DNA of 64,000 nt from Felis catus (taxonomy: Eukaryota). Shown piece by piece: positions 12,799 through 23,744 of the stretch; position 1 is the stretch's first letter, and each line of letters begins with the position of its first letter. The DNA lies in NCBI RefSeq assembly GCF_018350175.1, contig NC_058368.1, forward strand, positions 105,960,001 through 106,024,000, read 5' to 3'. The notes below the pieces were generated by a model. That model was not told the DNA's origin. It saw only the letters and a program-made list of their open reading frames with translations, and did no database searches. The translations under genes and the position numbers were made by a program.

Positions 12799-14233
12799 AG
12801 AAGATAATTGTAATCTAAAGTAACAAAATAATCAGCCTTCTTATAGCATGAATTACATCAATACCTACTAGGAGATTGCTCCCTTCACACACACCCATTA
12901 TCCCATTGCACATTAGGAAAGAAAGAAAAATAATGGCCCATTGTCAAAGGAGAAGGCCGTAACTGTAGTACAGATACAGATCAGATTTGAAGGCTGGGGA
13001 CTGGTCTTTGTATACACATCTTCAGAATTCTGTATCAGCCTCTAAGAGAAATTCAAATGTTCATGTCTGTAGGTCTGTGTTAAAATACTAATGATTGTGG
13101 ATAGAGTAACACCGCGCTGCACTGATGTGCAGTCAGGTATTACCAAAGATTAATCAATTATGCCAGTAAGCATCATCTAGGATATTGAGGAGGCATGGGT
13201 GAAATGATGCCCAAGATAAAAGAACAGAGAAAAAGTTCAGATTGTAATGCACTGTCTGAGGTTACATTCAAGCTGAGCCTCACAGTGAGGAACTTAAAGA
13301 GGGGAAATTAGTGAAAGGAAAGCGATCAAAAATGCTGAAAATAAATCTCACCTACTACAGTGTTTTGCTTGAACTCAGTTCTGCTTCCCAGGCCTCTCCA
13401 ATTTTTTCTTTGGCCTTTCTGGTCAGATGAATTATTATTCCATCAGTGATCATAACTGTTCCAAAGAACAAACTATCAGGCACCACCCATCCAACCCTCT
13501 AGTTCTGAAGTATGCCAGAATATTCTTGGCCTGGGCTAGGATGAATAAATGGATGAGGAGAATTAAGTGCTGCTGACTGGAAAATGGTATTTTAAAGGCA
13601 GCCAAGGAGGTCATTCAAAGAAGACAGACAAGCAGATTATCTTTCTCCTGAAGGATCTGTAGCAGGAGCATTCCATAAAGAGAGTCCATTAAAGCTATTT
13701 GATCTAGAATGTCTTATCATGGATATTAACTAAAATATTAGAAATATACAGTGGAGTTATTTTCTTTCATAGTTTAAAGTTTTTCTGGATTGTAGTTTAA
13801 AACATTGTGTTCCCTTGGGACATTTAAAGAATTTTTTTGGTGAAACATCTTAAATTAATCATTTTGAATATTTCATCTAAATTGGATTTGATTATTTCAT
13901 TTCTAAATTGTACATTAAAAAAGAATGTTTTTAGAGCTCTAACTTATGTAATTCTAGCTTGGTTTTCCTTGGGATATAAACCTCTATGAAGTATATTCTC
14001 CAGATTTTAAATTATTATTCTGTTATTTTCATATCACATTTGGTTTTCATACAGTCTTTCAGAATCTAAAATGAATATAGATTGTGTTTCCATAATCTGT
14101 AATTATCTTTGTGTAATAAAAACCCGTTTTTATTTCTCATTAGTTTAAATAAATCAAAGAAGTCAATCAACCAACTACATTTATTCAATCAAAATCAGTA
14201 AGGACAATGAACTTTGTATTAAAATTAGCTTTA

Positions 14234-14447
14234 GGGGAGCCTGGGTGGCTCAGTTGGTTAAGCATCTGACTTCAACTCAGGTTATGATCTCATGCCTCAT
14301 GACTTCGAGCCCCGAGTCGGGCTCTGTGCTGACAGTTCAGAGCCTGGAGCCTGTTTCAGATTCTGTGTCTCCCTCTCTCTCTGCCCCTCCCCCTCTCTTT
14401 CTCTCTCTCTCTTTCTCTCTCTCTCTCAAAAATAAACAAACATTAAA
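14234..14447 (+). mobile_element. Can-SINE (SINEC_Fc)
   Basis: Full length; TSD AAAATTAGCTTT. Confidence 0.96.
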
Positions 14448-14789
14448 AAAATTAGCTTTGCTCAGGGATTATTTCTCTGAAAGCTATTGTTAGTGTTTCT
14501 TTTAATTCCTATAGAAGTAATATCTGTGTTCCATAACTATATGTGTAACACTGTGGAAGGCAAGTTTCAGTGGACATTATAGCAATGAAATAACTTGGTT
14601 ATTGATATCAATAATTCAGAATATATTATAACACATTACAGGTAAGATTTGTCTTAAGTCTTTACATTAAGAAGGGCAATAAAAGTTAAAACGGAGAACA
14701 TCTTTCTTTTTCCTCCTCAGTACCATTTTAGGAGACGGAATAAGTTTGTTGTTATGTGTTGGAAACATAGGCAGTGCAGGGCTTTTGCT

Positions 14790-15188
14790 GTAGAAGCTGC
14801 CATATGCTCGCTCAGCCTTGCTTCTTCGTCCAAGACAAACAGCTAGAGGATATGTGTCAGTATTCCTTGCAGTTTGATGTCACTAGACAAGTGAATTCTG
14901 TCTAATACAACATGAGTAGAGTTCATGCATGACTTTAGGCTGGGTCCATTTAAAACCCTTCCACCACTTTCCATGCATATTCATTGCACTGCTTTCCTGA
15001 GTACATGTAGAAAATCCAGGAGGAGATTTCCATGCCTTAAGGAACAATGGGAAAAGCCTGATTCCTGAATGGTGCTGACCAGAAATTCACAACTGGACCC
15101 TGTACGTAAGAGATGAACTATATGGTGCACAAGACCGAGATTTGAGGGTTTATTTCCTACAAGCTACTTTACTACCCTAGCTAATACA
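14790..15188 (+). mobile_element. MaLR solo LTR (MLT1I/J-like)
   Basis: AAGCCTGATTCCTGAAT...GAGATTTGAGGGTT...CCCTAGCTAATACA terminal motif. Confidence 0.6.
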
Positions 15189-15643
15189 ACTTAGAACAAA
15201 GGTTAGAATCTCTGATAGGAAGTTTCGAGACCTTGAATTTTATTTTGTTAGTAAATTCATATCAAAATCAAAGAAATTAGGTTTATATATAACTATGGGC
15301 AGTTCAGTCTTCTCTTTCCAAATAAGATTGTGAAAGCTGGTGAACGTAAGACAAGTAAAAACATTCTTATCTCTTAAAAGCCAGTGAACATTTAAAAATA
15401 TAGAAAACATATACTAGGTCAAAATCAGTATCAAGAATTGCTTAAGAAAAGGAGAAACTCAGCAAAAGAAGTTAAATTGATAGTGGTAACAAATATTATT
15501 ATATAGTAAATTATGTGCATAGGAATATTCGCCTAAATCCATCCTCTGCCTGTGATTCACAAAAGGAGATGTAACGGCTATAAAATGCTGTTTTGTTTTC
15601 AGGGGCATCCAGAGAAGGGTATGAAAGGTGAAGGTTTTTTGTG

Positions 15644-15868
15644 TTTTTTTTTTAATTTTTTTTAATGTTTGCTTATTTTTAAGAGAGATAGAGACAGAGT
15701 GCAAGTGGGGCAGGAACAGAAAGAGAGAGGGAGACACAGAATCTGAAGCAGGCTCCAGGCTCTGAGCTGTCAGCACAGAGTCTGACGTGGGGCTTGAACT
15801 CACAAGCCATGAGATCATGGCCTGAGCCCAAGTCAGACACTCACCCAACTCAGCCACTCAGGTGCCCC
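15644..15868 (-). mobile_element. Can-SINE (SINEC_Fc)
   Basis: Poly-T, (GA)n, reverse head ending GGTGCCCC. Confidence 0.95.
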
Positions 15869-17145
15869 TGTTTGGGTTTTCTTTAAAGGTGTCAGCACAT
15901 TTTCCACCTCTTCCAGAACATTAAATATTAAATATTTAAAAACCAGGTTTGGTTTTTTGAAAGAGGGGCAAGAACTTAAAGAGAATTGTGAAGGAATCTG
16001 AGTGCATAATCTTTCTGTGTTTTTGTTTCAGCCTTGTACAAATCTATCATTTAAAACTAAATTGACAATATCTTTTTATAGTGACCTGTCTTTATTGAAA
16101 AAACTATTTAGATTTCTGAAAAACAATGATTTTTGCATTCAATTCTCATTGGTTTACATAATATTCATCAGAAACTTGCTTTGGCAGCCATAGATAGGAT
16201 AGATTTTATAGTAGACTGATTGACTCTTGGTAACCACCCATGTGGTAATAGCAGAGATTGGCTTTGTAGCAGTGAGCATTCAGCATGCCATGGGCATTAT
16301 GCACATTGCTTTACAGGGGGAACGTGGAAAGGTAATGAATCCAGAGAGCTGGCTCGGAGGAGCTGGATTAAGAGAATGCAGACTCAGGTTTTGATGATGC
16401 TCACTCTACCCACAGGGTCCGAGCTCCCTGACACTTTTTCCTCCACTGCTCAGAGTATGCCTGGGACATTGTTCCACCTGCTCTCCTCTGATGACCACAT
16501 GGGTCACCTGTTTGATTCCTGACCACTTCTGCCAGACTCTTCTAAGCCACACACCATTCAGATAGTGGGTGCTACCACGGCTGTGTCAAGTTCTGTCGTG
16601 CCTGGCAGTATCACTGCTTCTCTTGAACCCAGTGATTCCCTGCTAGGCACTGTTCCTCTGGTGTGCTGAGGCTTTCAGGGTATCATAACTATGCTGTTTG
16701 CAAAGTGTCTGCATGAAATGCTTGCATTCAATATCTTACGGAAATATAAGTGAAATAACTCCTTTGGGCTTGGACTGTAGTACTTGTCCTCTCCTTAACT
16801 CGCACCCAGCCCATGGCAAACCCATCTCCGTATACATATATACATAAGGATTAGGACAGTAATTCAGATGAGGCTGGTAAAAATATAGATGCCAAGCAAT
16901 TTTTACAGAAGTCTATGCAGTATAGTCACTAATGTGGGTTATGATCATCTGCAAGACTCTAGTTTCTCTTTAGGATTATATATTTTCCAGGATTCTTCTT
17001 ATTTTTTCAAGCAAATGTGCCTAGATTCAGGCTTTCCTGTTCCCAGAGAGAAATACATCTTAAGCTCATGATGACACTTGATAACCTAAACATAAGCTTA
17101 ATTATAACATGGCTATCTCCTGAATAAAGCCTAGCCTAAATAAAG

Positions 17146-17490
17146 ATAGTTTTAAGTTACCTGTGTAAAGAACTATTCCAAAATTTAGCAGCTTAAAACA
17201 ACAACCTTTTAACTGTATTATGATTTTGTGTGTCAGAAATTCAGACAGGGCTCAGCTGGGCTCTTCTGTGTCTCCACATGATGTTGACTGGTTTCGCTCA
17301 GTGATATTCAGTTGATGACCAGGTTGGACTGGGGGAGCCAAATTGCTTTCACTCGTGCCTGGGGCCTTAGCAAGGATATCTGGAAAACTACTCTCCCCTG
17401 TTCTCCTATTCATCTCCATGTAGTCTCAGGACCTATTTGTTCTCTGCAGGATGTAGCTCGACTTTGCAGCAAAATATTTCCAAGGACATA
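17146..17490 (-). mobile_element. MaLR LTR fragment (MLT1G/H-like)
   Basis: CCAAAATTTAGCAGCTTAAAACAAC...GTCAGAAATTCAGACAGGGCTCAGCTGGG is the antisense MLT1 3' end. Confidence 0.75.
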
Positions 17491-17694
17491 GTGACGTAAA
17501 TTAAATACTTGTCAGTGTATAAAACGTATATTCATATGTATATTTACACACACACATATGTATATACATATATATGTTATTTTGCGCTTAGGTGATAGAT
17601 ATATTAGGTATGGGTGTTTGGTTACAAGCCATATTCATGTGATCCCTCTAGTCAATAAAATCTCTAGTGTCAACTGAATATATTGATTGTTGAT

Positions 17695-17845
17695 TTAGTG
17701 CTCCTACATGAATGAGGCTCACTTAATCCTCAGAAGAACCCTATTAGATAAGTATTATTATTGTTGTAACTTTAGAGATGCAGAAACTGAAGTTTAAAGG
17801 CTAAAGTGAACTTCCCAAGGTGACACAGAGAGTGGTAGCAAGTAC
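17695..17845 (-). mobile_element. MIR SINE
   Basis: TTAATCCTCAGAAGAACCCTATTAGATAAGTATTATT...AGATGCAGAAACTGAAG...AAGTGAACTTCCCAAGGTGACACAG. Confidence 0.85.
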
Positions 17846-18865
17846 TGCCTATGGTTAGTCCTGTGCCCCATCTCTGGAGTATCTTGCTTGGGGAGGGTGC
17901 ATGGTAGAGCCTAGAGTGAATAAAGTAGGGATTGAGGCTCATGGGTAATGGAGTCTCTCTCCAGTGGGACTGGAGTCAACCCCATTAAGGGACTTAGGGG
18001 CTAGGTCAGGACGCAGCAGAGACCGAAATCTTGGTAAGAGCCAGTGAAAGCCCCACTTACCCCTCCTCCTCAGTCATAGCCATCTTTAGGCATTCACAGC
18101 TAGAAGATAGAGCTTTTTTCAGCTCTATAAAAAGATAGAGGAAAGATAAATATATGGCTATTATCTGAACCAACTCTTCAACAGTGACCATTCCAGAGAG
18201 ACTGATGGTCTGAACATACGAACTACTTTTGGCACACTGTCCAAGTCATTTACACTGGCTGGACCAGACACATGAACTAACCTGGATATGATGATGGCTT
18301 GCACCATAGATATAATGGGCTTGAAACCCTGGTAAGTACCAATAATTGCATTACCCTTTAGTCTTACATGTAGACAGGAGGTTTTCATAAGACCAGTCTA
18401 AGAGTGAGGTCTTAGTCTCATCTAAAATCTCTAGGATGAGCGATGCCAGGCAACATGCTGGCAATTAGCAAGAAAAGAGTGGCCTCATTTGAAGTCTGCA
18501 CATTCAGATTTTTATTGGGGTTAGGGAATGTATACATGTTACAGGTGTGATGATGAAAGTCAACACAAGGAAAGTCTGGGATGAGGGCTGCCAACACTAA
18601 GGGATAAGCAGATCTTTACATAGAGGAGTTGAAGGTAATGTCATATTGCTGTGAGCTCAGGAAGGGTAACAGGAGGGGTAGGAGATGGCTTAATTTTAAA
18701 ATAAATTCAAAGTTTTACCTGTTACATGGTTCTGGACATTTTAATGTCAGTATCAAAATTGTTACTTCCAAGAACAGGAAAAATATTGTCCCATCAAATA
18801 AAAATAAAAGGCATTGGAAGACAAAATAATGTTTTATTATTACATTTCAAGAATGAGTTGTGTTT

Positions 18866-19086
18866 GGGGTGACTGGGTGGCTCAGTCACTTAAGCGTACG
18901 ACTTTGGCTTAGGTCATGATCTCACAGTTCCTGAGTTCGAGCCCCACATCGGGCTCTGTGCTGACAGCTCAGAGCCTGGAGCCGGCTTCAGATTCTGTGT
19001 CTCCTTCTATCTCTGCCCTCCCCTGCTTGCGCTCTGTCTCCCTCTCTCTCTCAAAAATAAATAAACATTTAAAACAATTTAAAAAG
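18866..19086 (+). mobile_element. Can-SINE (SINEC_Fc)
   Basis: Full length; TSD AAGAA(T/G)GAGTTGTGTTT. Confidence 0.96.
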
Positions 19087-19239
19087 AAGAAGGAGTTGTG
19101 TTTGTCCAATACAACTCTATATAATGCAACATTAAATGATGGTTTTCAATGATCATATACATTAAACTGTTTAGAAGAGTTATAAATACTTTTAAGTCTA
19201 TCACAGGAACAAATTTATAGTGTCTGCATGTTCAAAAAA

Positions 19240-19428
19240 ATATTTTTTTCATTTTACAGAGACAGAGAAAGAGCACATGAGCAGGAGCGAGAGGCAGAGG
19301 GAGAGAGAGAGAGAATCCTAAGCAGGCTCCATGCTCAGCATGGAGCCCAACCCTGGGCTCTATCCCTTGACCTTGGATCGTGATCTGAGCTGAAATCAAG
19401 AGTTAGACTGAGCCACCCAGGTGCCCCC
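19240..19428 (-). mobile_element. Can-SINE (older subfamily)
   Basis: GAGAATCCTAAGCAGGCTCCATGCTCAGCATGGAGCCC...CTGAGCCACCCAGGTGCCCC. Confidence 0.93.
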
Positions 19429-20434
19429 CATTTTCAAAATTTAATTGTCATGTTACTTTCTCCAGAGTTCAAATATTGAACTCCTTAAATGTTATATAAA
19501 AACAGATAGTCTAAATAGGTAGTTGAAATAAACTAAATGAATAAAATAAAACTAAATTAAATACATCAACCACTAATATCTAAGGTAACTGGTTTATTTT
19601 CCATTTCTAATCCAAGTTTCTTTCATATCTTCATAAAACTGTCCTTCCTCACTTCTAGTAGCATCATACTTTTTCTTATGTTTGAGTTTCATTTTTAGTA
19701 TGATTGTAGTATGAATATATCTGCTAAGCATATATCATGTCTGATATTTCAATTAGACATTGAAGCAGAACCTAGCTGTTATAAATATCTCATAATGATA
19801 ACCTCTTTTCCAGTAGTGTCTTGGGATAATCTGTCATTGTGTAGACTTATTATATTTAAGTACCGTCAAAGCAACATTAAGACAGTGTTTTATTTTCATG
19901 AAACATCTGTATCTTCTCATTCACAGTTACTTACTGGCTCCTTATTTATTTATTATTTTTTAATTTCCCAGTGGATAACTGTGGCAGTTGCTTCTATATT
20001 TTCCTAGTGATAAATCCCAATACTTCATCAACCTTATATTTTAGCACATTAGTTGCTCAAATAGATTTCATATCACCGTATGTTTCTGCTGTCTGTTCAT
20101 ATGCTATTTTCCTTAATTCAGGAAATGAGGAAAAAAACTGTTCCTGCTCTTTTTGCTGATACAGTATGTTATTATTTTATAACAGGCTTGAAAGTAACCT
20201 TTTCTTTTTAATTGCTAGGGAAGAACATACTGTGCACTGTTATCTCTATATAAATTAGAATCTCAGGATTTGCACAAAATGAAGTATATGAGTCTACATA
20301 GGAATGGTAACGTAAAAGATGAATGTCGAAGTGACCATCAGACTATTAGTCTTCATTAACTTCAAGGAGAGTCTGCTAGGGAGGAAAGGACCCAAAAGCA
20401 CAAGAAAAGCAAAGAAAGGCAACCAGGGTCACTC

Positions 20435-20667
20435 AAGGGAAGGGAAGGGAAGGAAAGGGAGGGGAAGGGAAGGGAAGGGAAAGGAAGGGGAGAGAGGGGA
20501 GGGGAGGGGAGGGAAAGGAAAGGAAGGGAATGGAGGGGAGGGAAGAGAAGGGAAGGGAGGGGAGGGAAACAAAGGGAGGAGAGGGAAGGGAAGGGAGGGG
20601 AGGGAAGGGAAGGGAGGGGAGGAGAAGGGAGGGGTGGGGAATGGAGGGTAGGGGAGGGGAGGGAAGG
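20435..20667. repeat. Polypurine (GGGAA/GGGGA)n low-complexity tract
   Basis: About 230 bp almost entirely A/G, with only a handful of pyrimidines. Confidence 0.95.
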
Positions 20668-20692
20668 TTTACAGAATTTAAGAAAAGGGGAT

Positions 20693-20797
20693 GGGGCCTC
20701 CAACTTGGCTCAGGTCATGATCTTGCCATTCATGGGTTCGAGCCCTTGCATCAGACTCTGCTAAGAGCTCAGAGTCTGGAGCCTGCTTTGGATTCTG

Positions 20798-20846
<49 letters not shown>

Positions 20847-20902
20847 AATAACTAAACATTAAAACACACACTCATACACACAACACACACACACACACAC
20901 AC
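20693..20902 (+). mobile_element. Can-SINE with head deletion and (CA)n in tail
   Basis: GGGGCC joined directly to TCCAACTTGGCTCAGGTCATG; TSD AGAAAA(G/T)GGGAT encloses the (CA)n. Confidence 0.92.
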
Positions 20903-21502
20903 AGAAAATGGGATGACAGAAAAAGAGGGATGGGCAAATCTCAAACCATTCAGATATCCACATTACAGGCTTTGAAATTTATTTAAGGAAAACTAATCTA
21001 AATTTGTGAAAATATTCCTTGAAAAGCCATGATTTTAGAATTATCTTCACTGTCATCAGTTTTCATTGTAAGTAGATTCGCCATTTCAAACGGAAATAGG
21101 GCTTTTATGCAACAGGATAAAAAAACTGTAGGTAAGTTGTAATTGCTCAGGAAAGAAAGGCAAGTAGAATTAGTAAGGATACTATTGACGGTTAATATCA
21201 AGGGGCACAATGGTAGAATGGAAAGTGTGTGAAGTAGTTCTTGAGGTGCCCCACTGCAGATGATCCCAAACACGGTTGGGCAAGTTAAATTTTCTGGGCC
21301 TCAGCTGCCTGTGGTGGAAAATGATAGATTTGTTCTAAGAAAACTTTAAAGTTCTTTTTTGAGTTTACAATTCAAGAAAAATGCTTTTCAAAGTCTTATA
21401 AGAAAAGGTCGCAGATCTCTATCAAGATGATGTCATGCATTTACAAGATGTTCCATTAGAACCCTAAAATTATAAGGAGCTCATTTAAAGAACATATGCC
21501 CT

Positions 21503-21703
21503 GGGGCACCTGGATGAGTCAGTCCCTTAAGTGTCCAGCTTGGGCTGGGGTCATGATCTTGTGGTTTATGAGTTTGAGCCCCACATCAGGTTCTGTGCTG
21601 ACCGTGCAGAGCCTGCTTGGAATTCTTTCTCCCTCCCTCTGTCTCTGCCCCTCTCTGCTTGTGCTCTCTCAAAATAAATAAATAAGCTTAAAAAAATAAA
21701 ATG
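21503..21703 (+). mobile_element. Can-SINE
   Basis: Full length; TSD AAGAACATATGC. Confidence 0.95.
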
Positions 21704-21790
21704 AAGAACATATGCACAGTGGCACTCCAATGTAAATTTACTCAGACCATGTAAATCATTTGTGCCTTAGTGCTTATAGAAAATAGTACT

Positions 21791-23503
21791 GTTGGGAGGA
21801 CTGCGTGGGCAACAGCATGGTGTGTGGCAGGCATGGGGTTATGGGGCTGTGGGAGGCCACTTAGTGCTGGCTGCTGTGCAGGGGTTGCGGGGTATAGGCC
21901 GTGAGCCACCTTCACCTCATCCTCCTGCCTTGGCCGTGGTCCCTGGGTCCCAGCATCCATAGCCCGAGGGCCCTGAGCTCTACCTAGCTCATTACCAGGA
22001 CATGTGGAGACTGGTGCATGACTGCCCCCTCTGAGATCTGCTGTCTTCTGAACCCAGAAGCTATCTATGCCAACAACGAGATCATCCTGCCTGATGTTGA
22101 AGTCCATGGCTTGGAATACCACTACGTGCTGGCCCAATACACAGATGTGTTGCACTCTAAGATCTTCAGTGCCACCTGTGACGTCCTGATTAACACTACA
22201 AGTACCCAGAGAGGATCTGGAAATATGACTACAACCCCAGCTTTGCCATTGAAGGCCTCCACTACATTCAGAAGAGCCTTCCGATGAAGATTGATGCCTT
22301 CTAGTACATGATGCTTGGGATGGCCTCCAAGGGCCTCCAGCCTGTGCCTGAGGAGGAGGTGATCCACCTATATGGGGACACCCAGTACATCCCACTGTAC
22401 CAGATGAATGGCTTCTGTGGCAAGGGTCTTTCCATCCAGAAGTTCATGGACATCTCCCTGCCACACATGGCACTCTGTCCTGCATGGTGGACCACTTCCT
22501 AGGTCACTGACCAAGCACACCTCTGCAAGGATGTGACGGGTGCCATTCGAGCCATGGATGTGAAGGGCCTTGTGTACCAGTGGATTGGGTGGGATATGGA
22601 CAAGTACATCCTGAGAGGGGATGAGACATTTGCTATCCTGAGCTGCCCGGTGGCCCATAGGAAGCAGCTGTTCCTCACCACTAACAGTCCTTTCAGCTTC
22701 ATGAACAAGGGGATGTGGCACAGTGTGAGTCCTGACTGGTGCCAACTCTTCAGTATGGTCATCGTCCAGGCGGACAAGCCCAGCTTCTTCACTGACTAGT
22801 GCAAACCTTTCATAAAACTTGATGAGAAGGGTTCCCTGCACTGGGACCACATCATATGTATAACTTCTTGCACCTGACAGAATGGGGTGGTCCCTGTGTG
22901 CTCTACTTCAGAGACCACCTGTACAGTGACCTGGTGGACCTCATGCTGTGGGTGCCATCATTCCTAAGTTAGAGCGTGAGATTCACGTCATCAGCATGGA
23001 GCAGTACAATACATGGACTCACTGACATGGCAGCAAGCACTCACGGGGCTGCTGGAGAGCGTGCTAACCTACCAGTATGCCAAATCGCTGTAGGTTCTGG
23101 CTGCCTGCATGAAGGAGCTGCAGGAGCCAAGGTGCATCACCAAGGCCCCACTCGACGCTCAGTTTGGGAGCATGTTCACACCCTCCACAACCCCACCTAC
23201 ATCTCATGGTGCCACATGCCCTTTTCTGACCTCTACATGGCTTCCCCCAACTGTCTGCTCAACTACCATGTGCACTTCACCTTCTGCCCACACTGCAAGT
23301 CCTTGCAGCCAGAGGCACCACTCTGGATGGGCCAGCTCTGCACTGGCTGCAGGAAGACACCCTTCCTTGGCGACATGACCCACATCCACTGAGTGCACCT
23401 TTACTCTCCAGAACAGGGCCTTAACCCCTCATGCCCCACCCACTCTGGGCATCAGTCCAGGGCAGGCAGTAAATGTGGTCTCTCTCCTGGAAAAAATAAA
23501 AAA
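21791..23503 (+). pseudogene. NT5DC2: Processed pseudogene of NT5DC2 (5'-nucleotidase domain-containing 2, HAD family)
   Basis: Shifting + frames give CCLLNPEAIYANNEI, GLQPVPEEEVIHLYGDTQYIPLYQM, DMDKYILRGDETFAILS, VIVQADKPSFFTD, FSDLYMASPNCLLNY and EAPLWMGQLCTGCRKTPFLGDMTHIH*, collinear with recalled NT5DC2. No introns, many frameshifts and stops, stop at 23390-23392, poly-A at 23491-23503, TSD AGAAA(G)ATAGTACT at 21778-21790 and 23503-23516. Confidence 0.95.
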
Positions 23504-23744
23504 GAAAGATAGTACTTTTGGTCAAACCTGAAACTCTGGCAGTATCTATGCTTTGTAATCATCAACAGGGACTATCTTACAGTGCTCCCATCTTATGAAA
23601 TGTGATGGGATTCATGTTTAGCACAAATTCCTCTATGGAGAAGTTTCACATTGAGTCCAAAGATGATGACTTGATTACTCATTCTTGACTTTTAATCTTC
23701 TTTGTGTGTGTCTGTGTTTACAGGAGATAAAAATGTAATTTCTA

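Noticed and set aside
20319..20862. G/K/E/R-rich and P/S/L-rich ORFs of about 110 aa
   Set aside because: Translation of the polypurine repeat and the adjacent SINE.
22018..23392. Functional NT5DC2 retrogene
   Set aside because: Multiple frameshifts, in-frame stops, deletions, a lost start ATG and lost catalytic aspartates.
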